A DNA stretch of 59,352 nt, the filler included, from Dirinaria sp. TL-2023a (taxonomy: Eukaryota), in assembly GCA_051941275.1 (NCBI GenBank). It is 4 parts of 4 records of this genome, joined end to end, with 100 filler letters (N's around TTAATTAATTAA, not from the genome) between each part and the next. Parts side by side here need not be neighbours in the genome. Positions count along the whole stretch, not along the records: positions 1 to 14,776 come from JAVEBF010000582.1; 3 more parts are not named here. One strand, given 5' to 3'. Shown piece by piece: positions 1 to 11,776 of this stretch. A program made the translations under genes and the position numbers. Positions within the stretch are counted from its first letter, which is position 1. Every line of letters begins with the position of its first letter. Below the pieces are notes generated by a model that was not told where the DNA came from, made no database searches, and worked only from the letters and a program-made list of their open reading frames with translations.

Positions 1-714
1 GACGCCCGACCGCGAAGGCGTGAGGTACGCTCTTGCAATTCTCCACCTCTTCCCCCCCTTCCCCAATCCATTACTTCATAATCCAAGATAGCCTCTTCTT
101 TATCTCCATACCCCTTCGTCCTCCTTTCCTCGATCGCGCAGAAAACATCCAACAACCCTCTGGCCCCAAAATAAAAAAAAAAGAGCCCAACCCTATCTAC
201 CCAAGCCGGCACAGTAAAAAATCCACCAGCTCAGCTGAAACACTCCCAGATATTTCTCCTACGGCGCAACCCTAACCCCCACGCCCTGGTCCGCCTTCCG
301 ACATTCGCACCGGATCATCTCCGCGGCCGAAGGTCCGAACGACGGGCTCGTCAGCGTCGACAGCAGCCAATGGGGCGGTGAGGGCGGCTACAAAGGCACG
401 CTGAGCAACGTCAGCCACTTGGATCTGATCAACTGGACGAACCGGTTGAGGTGGTTGGTGTGGGAGGCGATGGGGAATCGGCGAAAGTATGTGAAACTTC
501 CCAGATGTCAAGTCGTAGATTAGGGGGCCGTTCGTTGTTTTTTTTTTGTTTTTGTTGGAGAGCTGATTATTTTTTGATTGGGGTTGGCTTTAGGTTCAAT
601 GCGATTGCGTTTTATCTACATATTTCGGGTATGTTCAAAAGAGGGGTTTGAGGGGTTTATTATAGTTGATGCTAATTCCTGTGCTTAGATATGTTGGCCA
701 AAGAAGGATTTTGA
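1..714 (+). CDS. Triacylglycerol lipase, TGL2-like alpha/beta hydrolase (3' part; 5' end outside window). Exons <1-24, 250-486, 594-628, 689-714
   Basis: Spliced translation TPDREGVR-YFSYGA...EGPNDGLVSVDSSQWG...YKGTLSNVSHLDLINWTNRLRW...K-FNAIAFYLHIS-DMLAKEGF*. NDGLV (catalytic Asp) and HLDLI (catalytic His) motifs; three GT-AG introns restore the frame. Confidence 0.85.
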
Positions 715-1018
715 ACGAATATCTATATAAACGTGGGCGGTTTTTGGAGGTTGTCGTATATACCGGTGGGTACAAACGTATCCGAAAGTGCTACTTCGAC
801 CGTGTGTGCAGGCTTGGCTTAAAATATTGCTGCATGTCTAAGTAAGGTAAGTAATCGTAGACCATTGACAGCAACCACTTTCCCTATAGAGCAAATCACC
901 AGAACCGATAGCTATGCATGCATGCTTGCTATATGCTGCGTGCTGCCTACTCCTTAAAAAATGCCCTCTTCCTGTTCCACTACTACTACTATCCCATGCG
1001 AACCCGTGGGCTTCTCTA

Positions 1019-2822
1019 CTAGATCTTCACCTGCGCCGGCAATCCGACCTGCAAAACATCCAGTCCGCCCTGCAACTCGCTCTTGCCGGGCATATTGCCC
1101 CTCCGCATCAGCTCCGCGCTCTGCGCCATCACGGGATCCATCATCATACTCGCGACGGCCACCACGGTCTCGCCCTTGGCATAGAACGCCGCGAAGGAGC
1201 CCTCGTCCGGTTTCCCCTGGATCACCAAATTGTCCCATCCGTTTGGCGTGTGGCCGCAGTACCGTAGCTGTTTGCCTAGCGCGGACCAGAAGACCGGGAT
1301 GAACGGCTTCGGCTTCGAATGGGGGTGGGTGATGGTCTTCGCGACGCTGCGGCCCGCGTTCTGCGCCACGTTCCAGTGCTCGATGCGCACCGGTTTGCCG
1401 GACCCGCCGGGCCCGTGGTAGGGGTATGTGGCGATGTCGCCGATGGCGAAGACGTCGGGATGGTCGGGGACCTGGAAGCTTTCGCTGACGCGAACCGATC
1501 CGTCCTTTTCGAGCTGGATCGCGGGGTTGTCTCTCAGGTAGGAAGTTTCCGGCTTCACGCCGACGCCCAGGATGACGAGATCGGCGGGCAGAGATGTGCC
1601 GTCTTTGAGCTTCACGCTGCCGACCGCGGAGGAGTCGCTGGATGAAGGGGCGGCGCTGTCGACGGAGGCGGAGAGGTAGAATTTGACGCCGTTCTTGGCG
1701 AGGAGGCCCTGGAAGATTTTGCCGACCTCGGCGCCCATCACTCTTTCCATGGGTGCGGATTCCATGCCCACGACTGAGACGGTGTTGTTGGCGGAAAGGC
1801 AGTTTGCGACTTCCATGCCTATGAAGGAGGAACCGACGACGACGATGTTCTTGCCTTTCTTTTCGCCGACAGCGGATAGTATGCCTTTGACATCTGGGAT
1901 GGTGCGTAGCAGGAAAATGTTCCCAAGGTCTTTGAAGCCAGGCAGAGGAAGTCTATTGGGTGTACCACCTGAGGCAAGAACAAGCTTAGTATAGGCATAT
2001 GTCGCTCCCGATTTGGTGGAGACTTTTTTCGAGGAGAAATCAACGCCAGTGGCCTCATCTTCTACAACTTTGATATCAGCGTCCTTGTACCAAGCCTCGT
2101 CGCGCCATTGGAGCTTGTTCTTGTCGTCGAGCAGGGCTTTAGAAAGCTTGGTTCTGTCAATCGGTAGATTTGGCTCGCGTGTGAGCACTGTGATGCCGCC
2201 TTTGAAGTTTTGCTCGCGCAGTGCCTGGACGGCGCCCACTGCTCCGCTGCCTCCGCCAATAATGAGAACTTCTTCTGGACCTTGTGCCTGACATCTGACA
2301 TTTGGCTGTCTCCTGCTTGCTTTGATTGTGCTTTCCTCCCCTTTGATGTAGACAGCACCGCTCTTCTCCACGATCTCGAACTTAGCAAGAGGGTCAAGGG
2401 CGGGTGCGTCTTCCACGTCGCCGGTGGCAATGTTGAAGCAAGCTGACACCATTTTCTTAGTAGATTTTCTTTGCGCCAATGTTCCTGAACTGACCTCCGT
2501 GCCATGCACAGGTGAGTCGCCCATCCGGCGTGACAACGCCCAGCTTCATGGGTGCGCCATAGTGAGTACAGGCGGAGCTCAGGGCGTGTGTCTGGCCACC
2601 CTGGTTGACCAGCAAGACTTTGCCTTTCTCAATGCCTTCCACCTCTACTTCTCTCTTCTCTCCCTCCTGTAAGTCCAACGCGGAAAGACCCTTGAGTTTG
2701 AATTCTTGAGCCATGATTCTCCCTGATGTGCTGAAAGATGCAGCCCGAATGCGACCGAGCTGAAGTGATTTTCGACCGACAAGATGGGGCAATGGACGAA
2801 TGAAGGAATATAGACAGAGCAT
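1019..2822 (-). CDS. AIF-like (AIFM3/Nfrl-type) Rieske [2Fe-2S] plus FAD-dependent pyridine nucleotide-disulfide oxidoreductase. Exons 2822-2495, 2442-1019 (~583 aa; alternative ATG 2714)
   Basis: Rieske ligands CTHYGAP...CAWHG/ACFN joined across intron 2494-2443 (GTCAGT...CAG); IIGGGSG and VVGSSFIG dinucleotide-binding motifs, FAIGDIA, RIEHWNVA, PVFWS. Confidence 0.92.
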
Positions 2823-3728
2823 GTAGTAGCAGAAGGCAGTGGAAGGACTGTAGCGGAGACGGGGTGCAGTGAGTACCTTAGCTCAGGACATGGTTCTTAC
2901 CAATTGATCCTCCGTACTGGGTTTCTGCATCTCGTCATCACATCTGCAAGCGTGTTATCGATTAACAGCGTGAGCAGCGAATCAGCGACTCCCAATTGAT
3001 CATCATCCGCCGTTTTCCGTCTAACGTCTCTGGCAGCTCGGCCACCTTACCTAATCTACTTCTATGAGACTACCTTACAGTACCGTAGTAGTATGGTACA
3101 CTGATTCACTGAAGGATGATCCATGTTGCTGATCGCGGAGCTAGAGAAAGTAATGCTGCATAAGGTATGAAAGCTACAGGTCAGCACTCGTGGACCCAGA
3201 GTCTTCATCCTACAGTACAGCACTGTACATACTACTGTAAATACTGTGAAAGCGATCAGGTCTGTACTTCGCTGAGGACAAAGTCTCAAAGAGGCAAGTT
3301 TTGCGCTCCATTGGACGGGCCCATTTCGACGAACCACCCCCCTAAAGCGTGCCCAGAGGCGCTGATTCGAGCTTGTCTGTACACCCTCGTCAGCTGAATC
3401 TGCACACAGCCTCAACTTTCGGATGGCTACTACCACATTACGTGGGCAGCATTTCTTTGTAAACTGATCGGGTTGAATACCGTTGTGTTCGAAAAGTACA
3501 TGTAGTATCCATAAATTCACTGATTGAATGAACATTCTATCCATTGCCTACCTGGTGAAGGAAGTGCCAACAGACCCTTTGAAACGTCTCCCAATCGGCT
3601 AGCAATCATGTACCTTCCTTTTCCTTGATAAGGTAATCTGGATCCAAACATCGGTTGCGAATGCAAAGCAACGTAGGTACTGTGATCGCTAATTTCGTTC
3701 AAGCATAGAGAAAGGATCTACGGTAGTC

Positions 3729-5740
3729 ATGGCTGTCAGGATCCAGTTGGACCGTCCGCATGCACACTTCACAAACCTCGACTTCATTACGGGCAAAGTC
3801 CATATGCAAATATACACAAATGAAACGATCTCAAACATCGTCGTCAAGCTCGAAGGAGAAAGTAAGACAAGGTTGGCACTACCTGACAACGAGTATGACA
3901 GGCGTGATCGAGGCCGGACAGAGCTGGAAGTGCATAAAGTAAGTGCATGCTCTCAAGAGCTTCATCATGACCGAGGCCATGCTCGCCTCCAAGATTCTCT
4001 GTCGACGCAGTACAAATTGGTTAGATCACGCAAACTCACACCTCAAGTCTATCTTATCTAAAGGGAGCGTTGGTGTTTTGACGGTGAAGACTTCGCTCAC
4101 CTACCCGGCCCAGGAGAGTCTCACTACCGATTCGTCAAAGCATAGTGGCTTCATAAGGTCCTTTTCTTGGAGCCTCAACGAATTGGCCATTAGTGAATTG
4201 TGGGCTACGAGGTCTTTGAGGCGCCAAGATGGATTTGATTCACGGAGCTGTGATAACATGCAGCGCTGACCAGAATCTAGCTGCTCTACAAGACGGCCAT
4301 TGTCTTTCCGTCCAGAGAACTTCAAGGTGCGGCGTCGCCAAATGCAAATTACACGTTGCCCGCAGGCAGCCATGAATATCCATTCCGCTTCAAAATCCCT
4401 TTCAATAATGATTGTGCTACTGTGAATTCCAAGCTTACGAATCTGAACGTTGCCGGATTAAGGTTGGAGATGGCAAGAGACACGAATAGGCACGTTAAGA
4501 AGACATTACCTCCTTCGCTGAGCGGCTTTGCCGGTCAGGCCGAGATTCGGTACTACGTGAAGGTCACTGTCCAAAGGCCGGCCTTCTACAAGGAGAATTT
4601 CAGAGCAGTACGTACGCTGAATGGTCCCATTAAACCATGTTCATGAATATACCTAGGAAGTGGGTTTCAACTTCTTACCTATTGAGCCACCTCGACCACC
4701 AAAGAATTCGCGGGAGTCGTATGCTCGACGACAACATCAATTCGCGCCTGCTATAGCTCCTCCTAGCAAACAAGGCCTCTTTCGCAAACCTTCGAATACT
4801 CCGAGTGCTGAAGAGGTGGTGCCACCAAGCATCGCTTTTGACGGCCGGCTTCCAGATCCTGCCATAATAACCTGCAATCAACCTCTTCCATTGCGAGTGT
4901 TGGTCACGAAGCTGAATGAATCAACCGCAACTATATTCCTGCGGCTTATTGAGCTCGTTTTGGTGAGCAGTACCACTACTCGGGCTCACGAGCTGCAGAG
5001 AAACGACACCGGGACTTTTGTGCTCATGAGCCGAAGTAATTTGGATCTCGCACTAAGATGTTCAGACGACAGGAGCCAGAAAGGGAGGGAGATGGAAATT
5101 GAATCCACACTTTGGAACCAGATCCCGCTTCCGAATCATATTGCGCCTACGTTCGATACGTGCAACTTGTCAAGAACATATGTGCTGGACATCAAAGTGG
5201 GCTTGTCATGGGGAACTGGTGGCAACATGAATGTAAGTTTGCAAGCACTCGTGGAGAGGGCGAAGTAAAAAGCTTGAAGTCTGGAGCTCTGGTGGGCAAT
5301 TACGCTCGTTAGGAGACCTTTGAAATCCCGCGCGTTTCAATGCTCAGCTCTCCGTCTCTCCATCACCTCGCTCCGCATTGTGACAGATACTAACCTAAGT
5401 GTAGCCAGAACTCATGGTCCAAACCATCCGAATGCCGGTCCAAGTATACTCTGGCATCGCGCCGCCGCAGGCTTTGCTCAACGCAATGGCCAACAACCCT
5501 GTTACCGGAACGTCAAACCAACTCCCTCAGCAAGCACCGCAGCAGCCACCTCCGCCTTTCGCCCCGTCTGACATAGCTGACGATGTACCCCCCAGTTACG
5601 AAGACGCCATAGCCGACGAGCTTGGACCAGTCGATGGGCCACGGAGAGAATATGAACCCCCGCAGCACCCACGGACGTCGACGGAATCACCCGAGAAACG
5701 TGGCTGGGGTGAAAGGCTATTTCAAGACAGTGGACACTAA
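3729..5740 (+). CDS. Alpha-arrestin (arrestin N-domain) protein. Exons 3729-3938, 4281-4607, 4657-5232, 5405-5740 (~482 aa)
   Basis: FTNLDFITGKV...IVVKLEGESKTRL, EVHK/LLYK, LPAGSHEYPFRFKIP, TLPPSL, PTFDTCNLSRTY, and C-terminal PPSY (PPxY Rsp5-binding) motif; canonical splice sites give a continuous frame. Confidence 0.88.
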
Positions 5741-6838
5741 GCTGCGGGGGGTTCAGGATCAAGACTGAGGTTTCCAACGTGTTCTGACATGTTGGATGGC
5801 CTCACTGACCCAAGGCACTGGTATTGACAGATGTGCGGCGTTGAAGGATGACAATTGTCGCTCGGCTGGGAAGGATTGATGTTGGCGGCTCTGCTGGGAC
5901 AGCAATGAGTTGCAGAGCGTAAAACCACGTATAATTGTACGGAAAGGATCTTGGTTCTTCCTGTGGCTAATCGAGCATCGGTGGCGCGATCTTGCCTGCA
6001 GTAGTGCTGTGGGATCTACTGAGTACTGTACACAACATTGATGTGTACTGCACTTGAGCAGAGACATCCAGGAACTGCCCCTCTTTCGGTGGAGTGAAGA
6101 TATTATTTTTGGAAGGTAGGGCTGATTGGTGCAAAGTACTCTAACAGGCTCCTGTCCCTACAGGTACCTAGCAAGGTCCTACTGGGTACCGTAGTAATAA
6201 TAATGAAGTGTATTCCGTAGCGAATCCTTCGCGCTAATCATTAGCGCTATTCCGGCAAGGCTGACTGGCAGATTTCACGGTACCCTCGGTACATACCTTA
6301 CGTGCATTATTGTCTTGTCAATCGCAGGGTTCATCGTTTCCTGGTTCGTAAGGTCAACGTCCTGACACGCTGCCTCATGCACGCCATTCTCCGGCAGTCA
6401 CCGTCCAAATCGCATGGTTTCCATGTCAGCCCGAGGAACCGATTGAGAACAGGTGCGAATATTGTACTTTCGAAGTCCGAGTATGTACAGCCCGACTCCA
6501 CTGCCAAATAATACTTGGCGGCAGATGACGGTCGTCAGTCATCCGCTTTCGTATGACTACATACCTTACCGTAAGACTCTGCCTGAGGCGACTGCGTAGA
6601 ACTCGATGTTCAGCAATGATGCTTATTGCGACAATAATAATCCCCTGCACCTTTACCTTACCTTAATATACCTTAACCTGCCTTACTTACTCATCTCACG
6701 TAAACTTCTATCTGCTTTAGTCTTAGCGGGAGTGCGAGGTTCGCAAAAAGAGTAGCCGGTGCAAATAATGGAAGTACTGCGCCTCCAGCAACCGACATGA
6801 TACTGCAACACTAACGTACCTAGTACTGAAAACAAAAC

Positions 6839-6864
6839 AAAAAAAAAAAAAAAAAAAAAAAAAA
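6839..6864. repeat. Poly(dA:dT) tract (26 A)
   Basis: Read directly; lies in the long intergenic region upstream of the small ORF at 7822. Confidence 0.9.
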
Positions 6865-7821
6865 TTGCCGCCGCTGTCCTGAGGAATCACCCTGGCCTTG
6901 TTCATTATTTCAACCAACGTTACTATTCTTACAGCAGACTCTGAGTCTTGTTCCTCGTCACACCGAGACGTAAATTACCTACTAGAGGAATCGACCTTGA
7001 GGTGGTTCTGAGGATCCTGCTGCTGCGCCCTAGGAAAACTGCTACTCCCTCTCCCCTACCTTACCCTCGTATGCCTGTTGCCCCGAGTCTTCCGGTTCAG
7101 CACCGAGGATGGGATCGACCGGGCGTGGCTATTCTCGCCAATCGTCCGATAATCACATCCTTTCAACATGCACTCTGCGACTACTATTTTTTTGGGGCCA
7201 ATTGCGCAATGGCGTTTCATCTCTTGGGGCCCGGTACCGTGGCTTCGACCTCGCGGATCATGAGCAGCCACTCCCGCAGCTGATGATGGTGTGAGACGAC
7301 TTGATGAAGAGCTGAGTGGCTGAAGCCCCGAGTGACTGAATTCACCCACTGGGGCCTTAAACTTCATCGTGTTTTAGACCGTCGGCCAAGTCCACTCTGG
7401 CCGTGGTCTATTCTCATCTGTCCTCCTAGCACCGTGACTCTTCGTACAATGCCTTCGTACGTGTTCCAGGCATCATGAGTAATTGATCTGCTGCGTGGGA
7501 TGGTGCCTAGCCATCGATGCCTGGACGCCCGATTCCTAAACTTCATATGCCGTGCCATTATTCCTTTGACATACTCCTGTGAAGAGGGCTAGAATATATA
7601 ATATTGCCCCCTGAACCACGTGTTCTTGTTTCTGTGCCATTCTTTGCTCCTCTGGGTTCCGGGACTACAATCTCTTATATTCTCTTTGTTGCATTGTTCA
7701 TTCTTTTATTATAATACTTCCAATTTCAGCCAGCATCAATCAGGTATCACTGACAGTAAGAGCCACCACTGCTCCAGAGAACAGCTCCTCTACCAATATC
7801 CAGCCTTCCACCACCGACACG

Positions 7822-8067
7822 ATGTGTATACAAATCATTGAGCGCTACGCGGCATGCCGCTGCATCTACTATAAGCACGCCGTTGACCCATGCCCTGCCT
7901 ATGGACGCCGCGGTCACGACACACGAATTAAGGAAGTCTCCGTCGGCTACAAGTGCTCCCGACATTCAGCCAAAAGGGCAGAACCGATAAGGCACTACGA
8001 CTATTCCGACTCCGGCTACGGCAGCGGTTCCAGCAGCAGATACCACTCCTCGGGGTTTCGTCGATGA
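7822..8067 (+). CDS. Small (81 aa) Cys/His-patterned protein of unknown function
   Basis: MCIQIIERYAACRCIYYKHAVDPCPAYGRRGH...VGYKCSRHS; good start context (ACACGATG), upstream TATA-like TATATAAT near 7595 and a pyrimidine-rich leader. Resembles small hypothetical proteins I recall from Pezizomycotina (not verified). Confidence 0.75.
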   Translation: MCIQIIERYAACRCIYYKHAVDPCPAYGRRGHDTRIKEVSVGYKCSRHSAKRAEPIRHYDYSDSGYGSGSSSRYHSSGFRR

Positions 8068-9206
8068 GGGCCGTGCGATGGAAAGGGCAGCGTGGACAGG
8101 ATACAGGATCGGCAACAGTGGAGTCTCCGGCGGTGCTGGAGGCGAGGAAAGAAGATGGCAGTATGCCATGCGGATCACGGCAAGCGTCTTTGGAGCGCCG
8201 GTCGCCCTGCCCTAGACATTTTCCGAATTAACGGCGACGCCTTTCCTACTGTTTTTTCCCTCCCCCTATGTGTCGCTCATTCCATTCCTGGAGGACTCAA
8301 GAGCAACATACCAGCATTACGACCCTTTTCTTTGGGAGGATTTCTTACTAGACAGCGCCTCGCGGCAACGTACATTTCAGCCTAGGGTTTCACGGCTTAA
8401 CGAGAGCGCTATTGGATCATGAAAATGAGGTTGGTGCCTGGGCCTTCCGATGTGACTGATGAGTTGGGGTCACAAGACCGGAAGAACGGGCACGGCAAGG
8501 GGGGAGAACGGGAGGGGGCTGGATCCCCCGAATGGCTTTTTAGATGAGAGTTACGTCCTGAAGATTATTGCAGGCCGGAGAGAAATTTAGTTGGGGTCCT
8601 GAAATGAGCGGCATTTTTTTGCATGAGCATTTGCACGGGCGTTCATCAAGGGAAGGGGGGTGTGTGTGTGTCATCTGAGCAACATGTGCAGGTCACTTTT
8701 CTCTTCGCTCTCACAGTCCACCCTGCGGGTGCGGTGATTGTACAATTAGATAGTTTATGCATTCGTCATAGCCTTACTATTCCAACAGTTTCTGCAGGCA
8801 GCAACAGAGAGTTCTGGACCGCGGCCAAGTACAAGGGGAGGAAGATAAAGGACTGAAGGCAGCAATTACCATTGGACTAGTCCCAATGCCAATACGGCAA
8901 AATCGTAATTATAGCTCATCGACTATGCTAAAGAAACAATCCAGTATGAGTCAACTGAAGAACGAAGGAAGCGTAAGGTAGTCTGGTATGATGGGATCTG
9001 CGAAGCCAAGCGAGACAGCCGAGATCTCTCCCAAAATCCCCCGGATCGACCTTACCGTCTCTCTTTTTAACCGACGATGTACTCTCAGGCACGTAAGCAA
9101 GTCATTATTTAACCGTCGCACAGAAAATCAGCCCTGTTCAGGCCTTGCCTGCCTGCCTGGTACTGTCAGAGTATTGCCCATTGCCCATTGCCATCTTTAT
9201 CCGCCT

Positions 9207-9225
9207 CACCCACCCACACACCCAC

Positions 9226-9256
<31 letters not shown>
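9207..9256. repeat. (CA)n/(CCCA)n microsatellite
   Basis: Read directly: cacccacccacacacccacacacccacccacacacacacacacacacaca. Confidence 0.9.
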
Positions 9257-9538
9257 TACTCAAGCCACGTGGAAAAGTCTCCGAAAAGGTGGAGCACGAG
9301 CAGCTTAGTTCCCACATCCATCGGACTCCGTATCAAAATTCAAAACGGGCCTGAGAGAGACAGAGTAGAGAATAGGTGTGTGGAATTAATGCGCAACTGA
9401 AACGTTGCTGACTCCGTTTACTACAATAATCTCGACGATCGGATATCCATCTATCCGCTCACGTCGGGGTTTGATTTTCTTTCCTCCCTGAGCTATGTAT
9501 CTGAAAGTCTTTTCAAGTCAATTTTGATCCGACATAGC

Positions 9539-11422
9539 TTAGCTTATTGATGTCGTCGGCTCGCAGAACCCGAGCAGGTTCTCCAATTCCTCGGGACTGA
9601 GTGTGCTCCGGCGCCTGCTGCCCTTCAATTTATTCACCGTCCTCGCTCCGCTCTTCCGTTTCTGCCGCTTCTCATCGTCTCTTTTGCGTGCTTCGTTCGC
9701 TTCCGCTTCGGCTTCTTGGAGCTTCTGCTGTATTCTGCTTGGTGATGATGATGACGATGACGGTGACGCTGATGAGGGCATCTGCGGCAGATAATAATCA
9801 TAACAAACACGCATTAGCACGAGGCACTAATTATGTACGTACTCACCGACTTTTTGGAAACTTTGCAAGGGGACAGGGTGGGATAGTAATGCGAGAGCCA
9901 CTTACTGGCCGGCTGCTGATTTGGGTCTTGCTCTTGATAGGACTGAATACCGCTCTGCTGCCACCAAAGTCCAGTAGAGACGCATCTTCATAATCATCCT
10001 CATCCGCCCTCGCCTCTTCCTCTGGGATGTTGCGGAAGGATACCTTGCGCGGCGATACGACCGGCCTTGCATTGGCATTCGACTCTTGAAGAGCATTGCG
10101 TTTGCCTTCGTGGCCTATCCCATGGCGAAGAGCTCCGATCTCCTCATCTTTCACCTGTGCTATGCTCGGTGGTTCTAGAGGATGCGGTTGCTTCCAATCC
10201 GGCCCGATGGATTCGTCTAGTTCTTGTTCTGCAGCCTGTGCGTCCGGCACTACGTCCGGATCTTGCGGAACAGAAGGGATCTCGGCTGCCAGGTTCATTC
10301 CTCGGGTCAAGTCGTCTATATTGATGGTGTCTCCGGTGTCCATCATCCTCTTTCGCCATCCATCCATCATGGCCACGGCTTCTTTCCAGCGTGTTGCCAT
10401 TTTTTCCCAGCCTGCTCTTAGCCTCATGATCTCGTCTTCGCGGACTTCGACTTCTTCAAGTGGCACAAACGAAGGGTTTGTCAGCAATCCACGCAGATGC
10501 TCGAGGACCTCATCGGTACTAGTCGCTAGCTCGTCGTACGAAGGTGGTGCAGAGGCCATTCCATTGAGCGAATCAGATCCCTCGATGTTACTGTAACTGT
10601 CTTTCGCAGCCTGGAGATCAACGGGAAGCCCCTGGAGGCTTCTCAGAGTCGCTAGTGTGTTCCTCACAAGTCCGACTAATGCATCATTTTCGTCGCTCAA
10701 CCCCTGACTCAGCTGTGTTAGGAACTCGGTCGTTTCCTGCTTCAGCGAGTATTCCGGGCTCCCAAGATCCACGGCTCCATCAAGGTCCCGAGTCGCCTGC
10801 GGCTGCGGCCTGGTGGGTCCAGCAGTCACCACGACCACACCAACCTGACCACTGGTGCCTTCTCGGCCCCTGCGACCTTCGAGATGCCGTTTGAGCCTGG
10901 CGATCTCACCATCGCGCCTCCTGATGTCATTCGCGCACTGCCCTCGGATCTGCGCAACGGTGCCCTTTAATCTCGCCATCTCTTCTCTCAGAGCTCGCAT
11001 CCGTGTTTCCGCCGTCCGCAAAGTTGCCTTCGCCGTCTTCTCCTGGGTGTTGGATAGTGCGAGTTGTCGCTCGAGATCTGCGTTGCGCGTTTCGAGCCGC
11101 GTCATTGCTTCAGATTGCTGCGCCGAGGATGCGCGCAGAGCCTGTAGAGTTTGGGAAAAGCTGGAGAGCCTATCTGACTCGCGCTGCAAGAGCAATGTCA
11201 GTTTCTGCCTTTTTGAAATTTTTCAGCGCCGAATCGAGGTACATCTCGCCTGAGGATGAGATCATGCACAAGGTTCATCACTTTGGCCATTGTCGCATCC
11301 GTTCCTCCTTCGGTCTTCGCTGGCTCGGCCAGCTCGATGGGTACGCCATTTCGTAAAAGCCCGCGCGACAGTAACAAGTTATTGATGTATGAAGATGCCG
11401 TGTGTAGATTTCTCGAATCCAT
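9539..11422 (-). CDS. tinA: NIMA-interacting protein TinA / Msd1 / SSX2IP-like (afadin and alpha-actinin-binding coiled coil). Exons 11422-11243, 11183-9906, 9781-9539 (~566 aa)
   Basis: MDSRNLHTASSYINNLLLSRGLLRNG...VMNLVHDLILRRD; long coiled coil; QIRGQCANDIRRRDGEI; LLTNPSFVPLEEVEVREDEI..LRAGWEKM; C-terminal RRRSTLSPEELENLLG. Confidence 0.8.
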
Positions 11423-11776
11423 TGTGACTGTAAAGCAAGTTCTGGGGCAGAATTGCTGCTTTCGCAATTGTTGACGCCAGGTCCTCGGTCGAGGGGTGTA
11501 AACAAATGCCGGCCCGACTTCGGCTAAACTGTGAGAATTCTGCGCTAGCAAGCTGTTAGTTCTTGGCGTGGATTGTCGCGTTCCAGCACCAGAAGCCCTC
11601 AGGGCTCAAAGAATTCCTCACTTTCAGTCAAATAAGTTCAAAAGTCTGTGTAGCACCTTCATTCGATTTTCCGCTAAACCCTTGACTTACAGGCATCCAG
11701 CATGGTCTGATTGAATGAAGATTACTCAATAGTTGGAGCTCCAAGGTAGAAATCAGGACGCATTGATACTAGCAAC

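Noticed and set aside
914..2672. Numerous plus-strand and alternative-frame ORFs over the oxidoreductase (same pattern over Lon, Vps10, DDB1 and Nup85)
   Set aside because: Antisense or off-frame shadows of GC3-rich coding sequence with no independent motifs.
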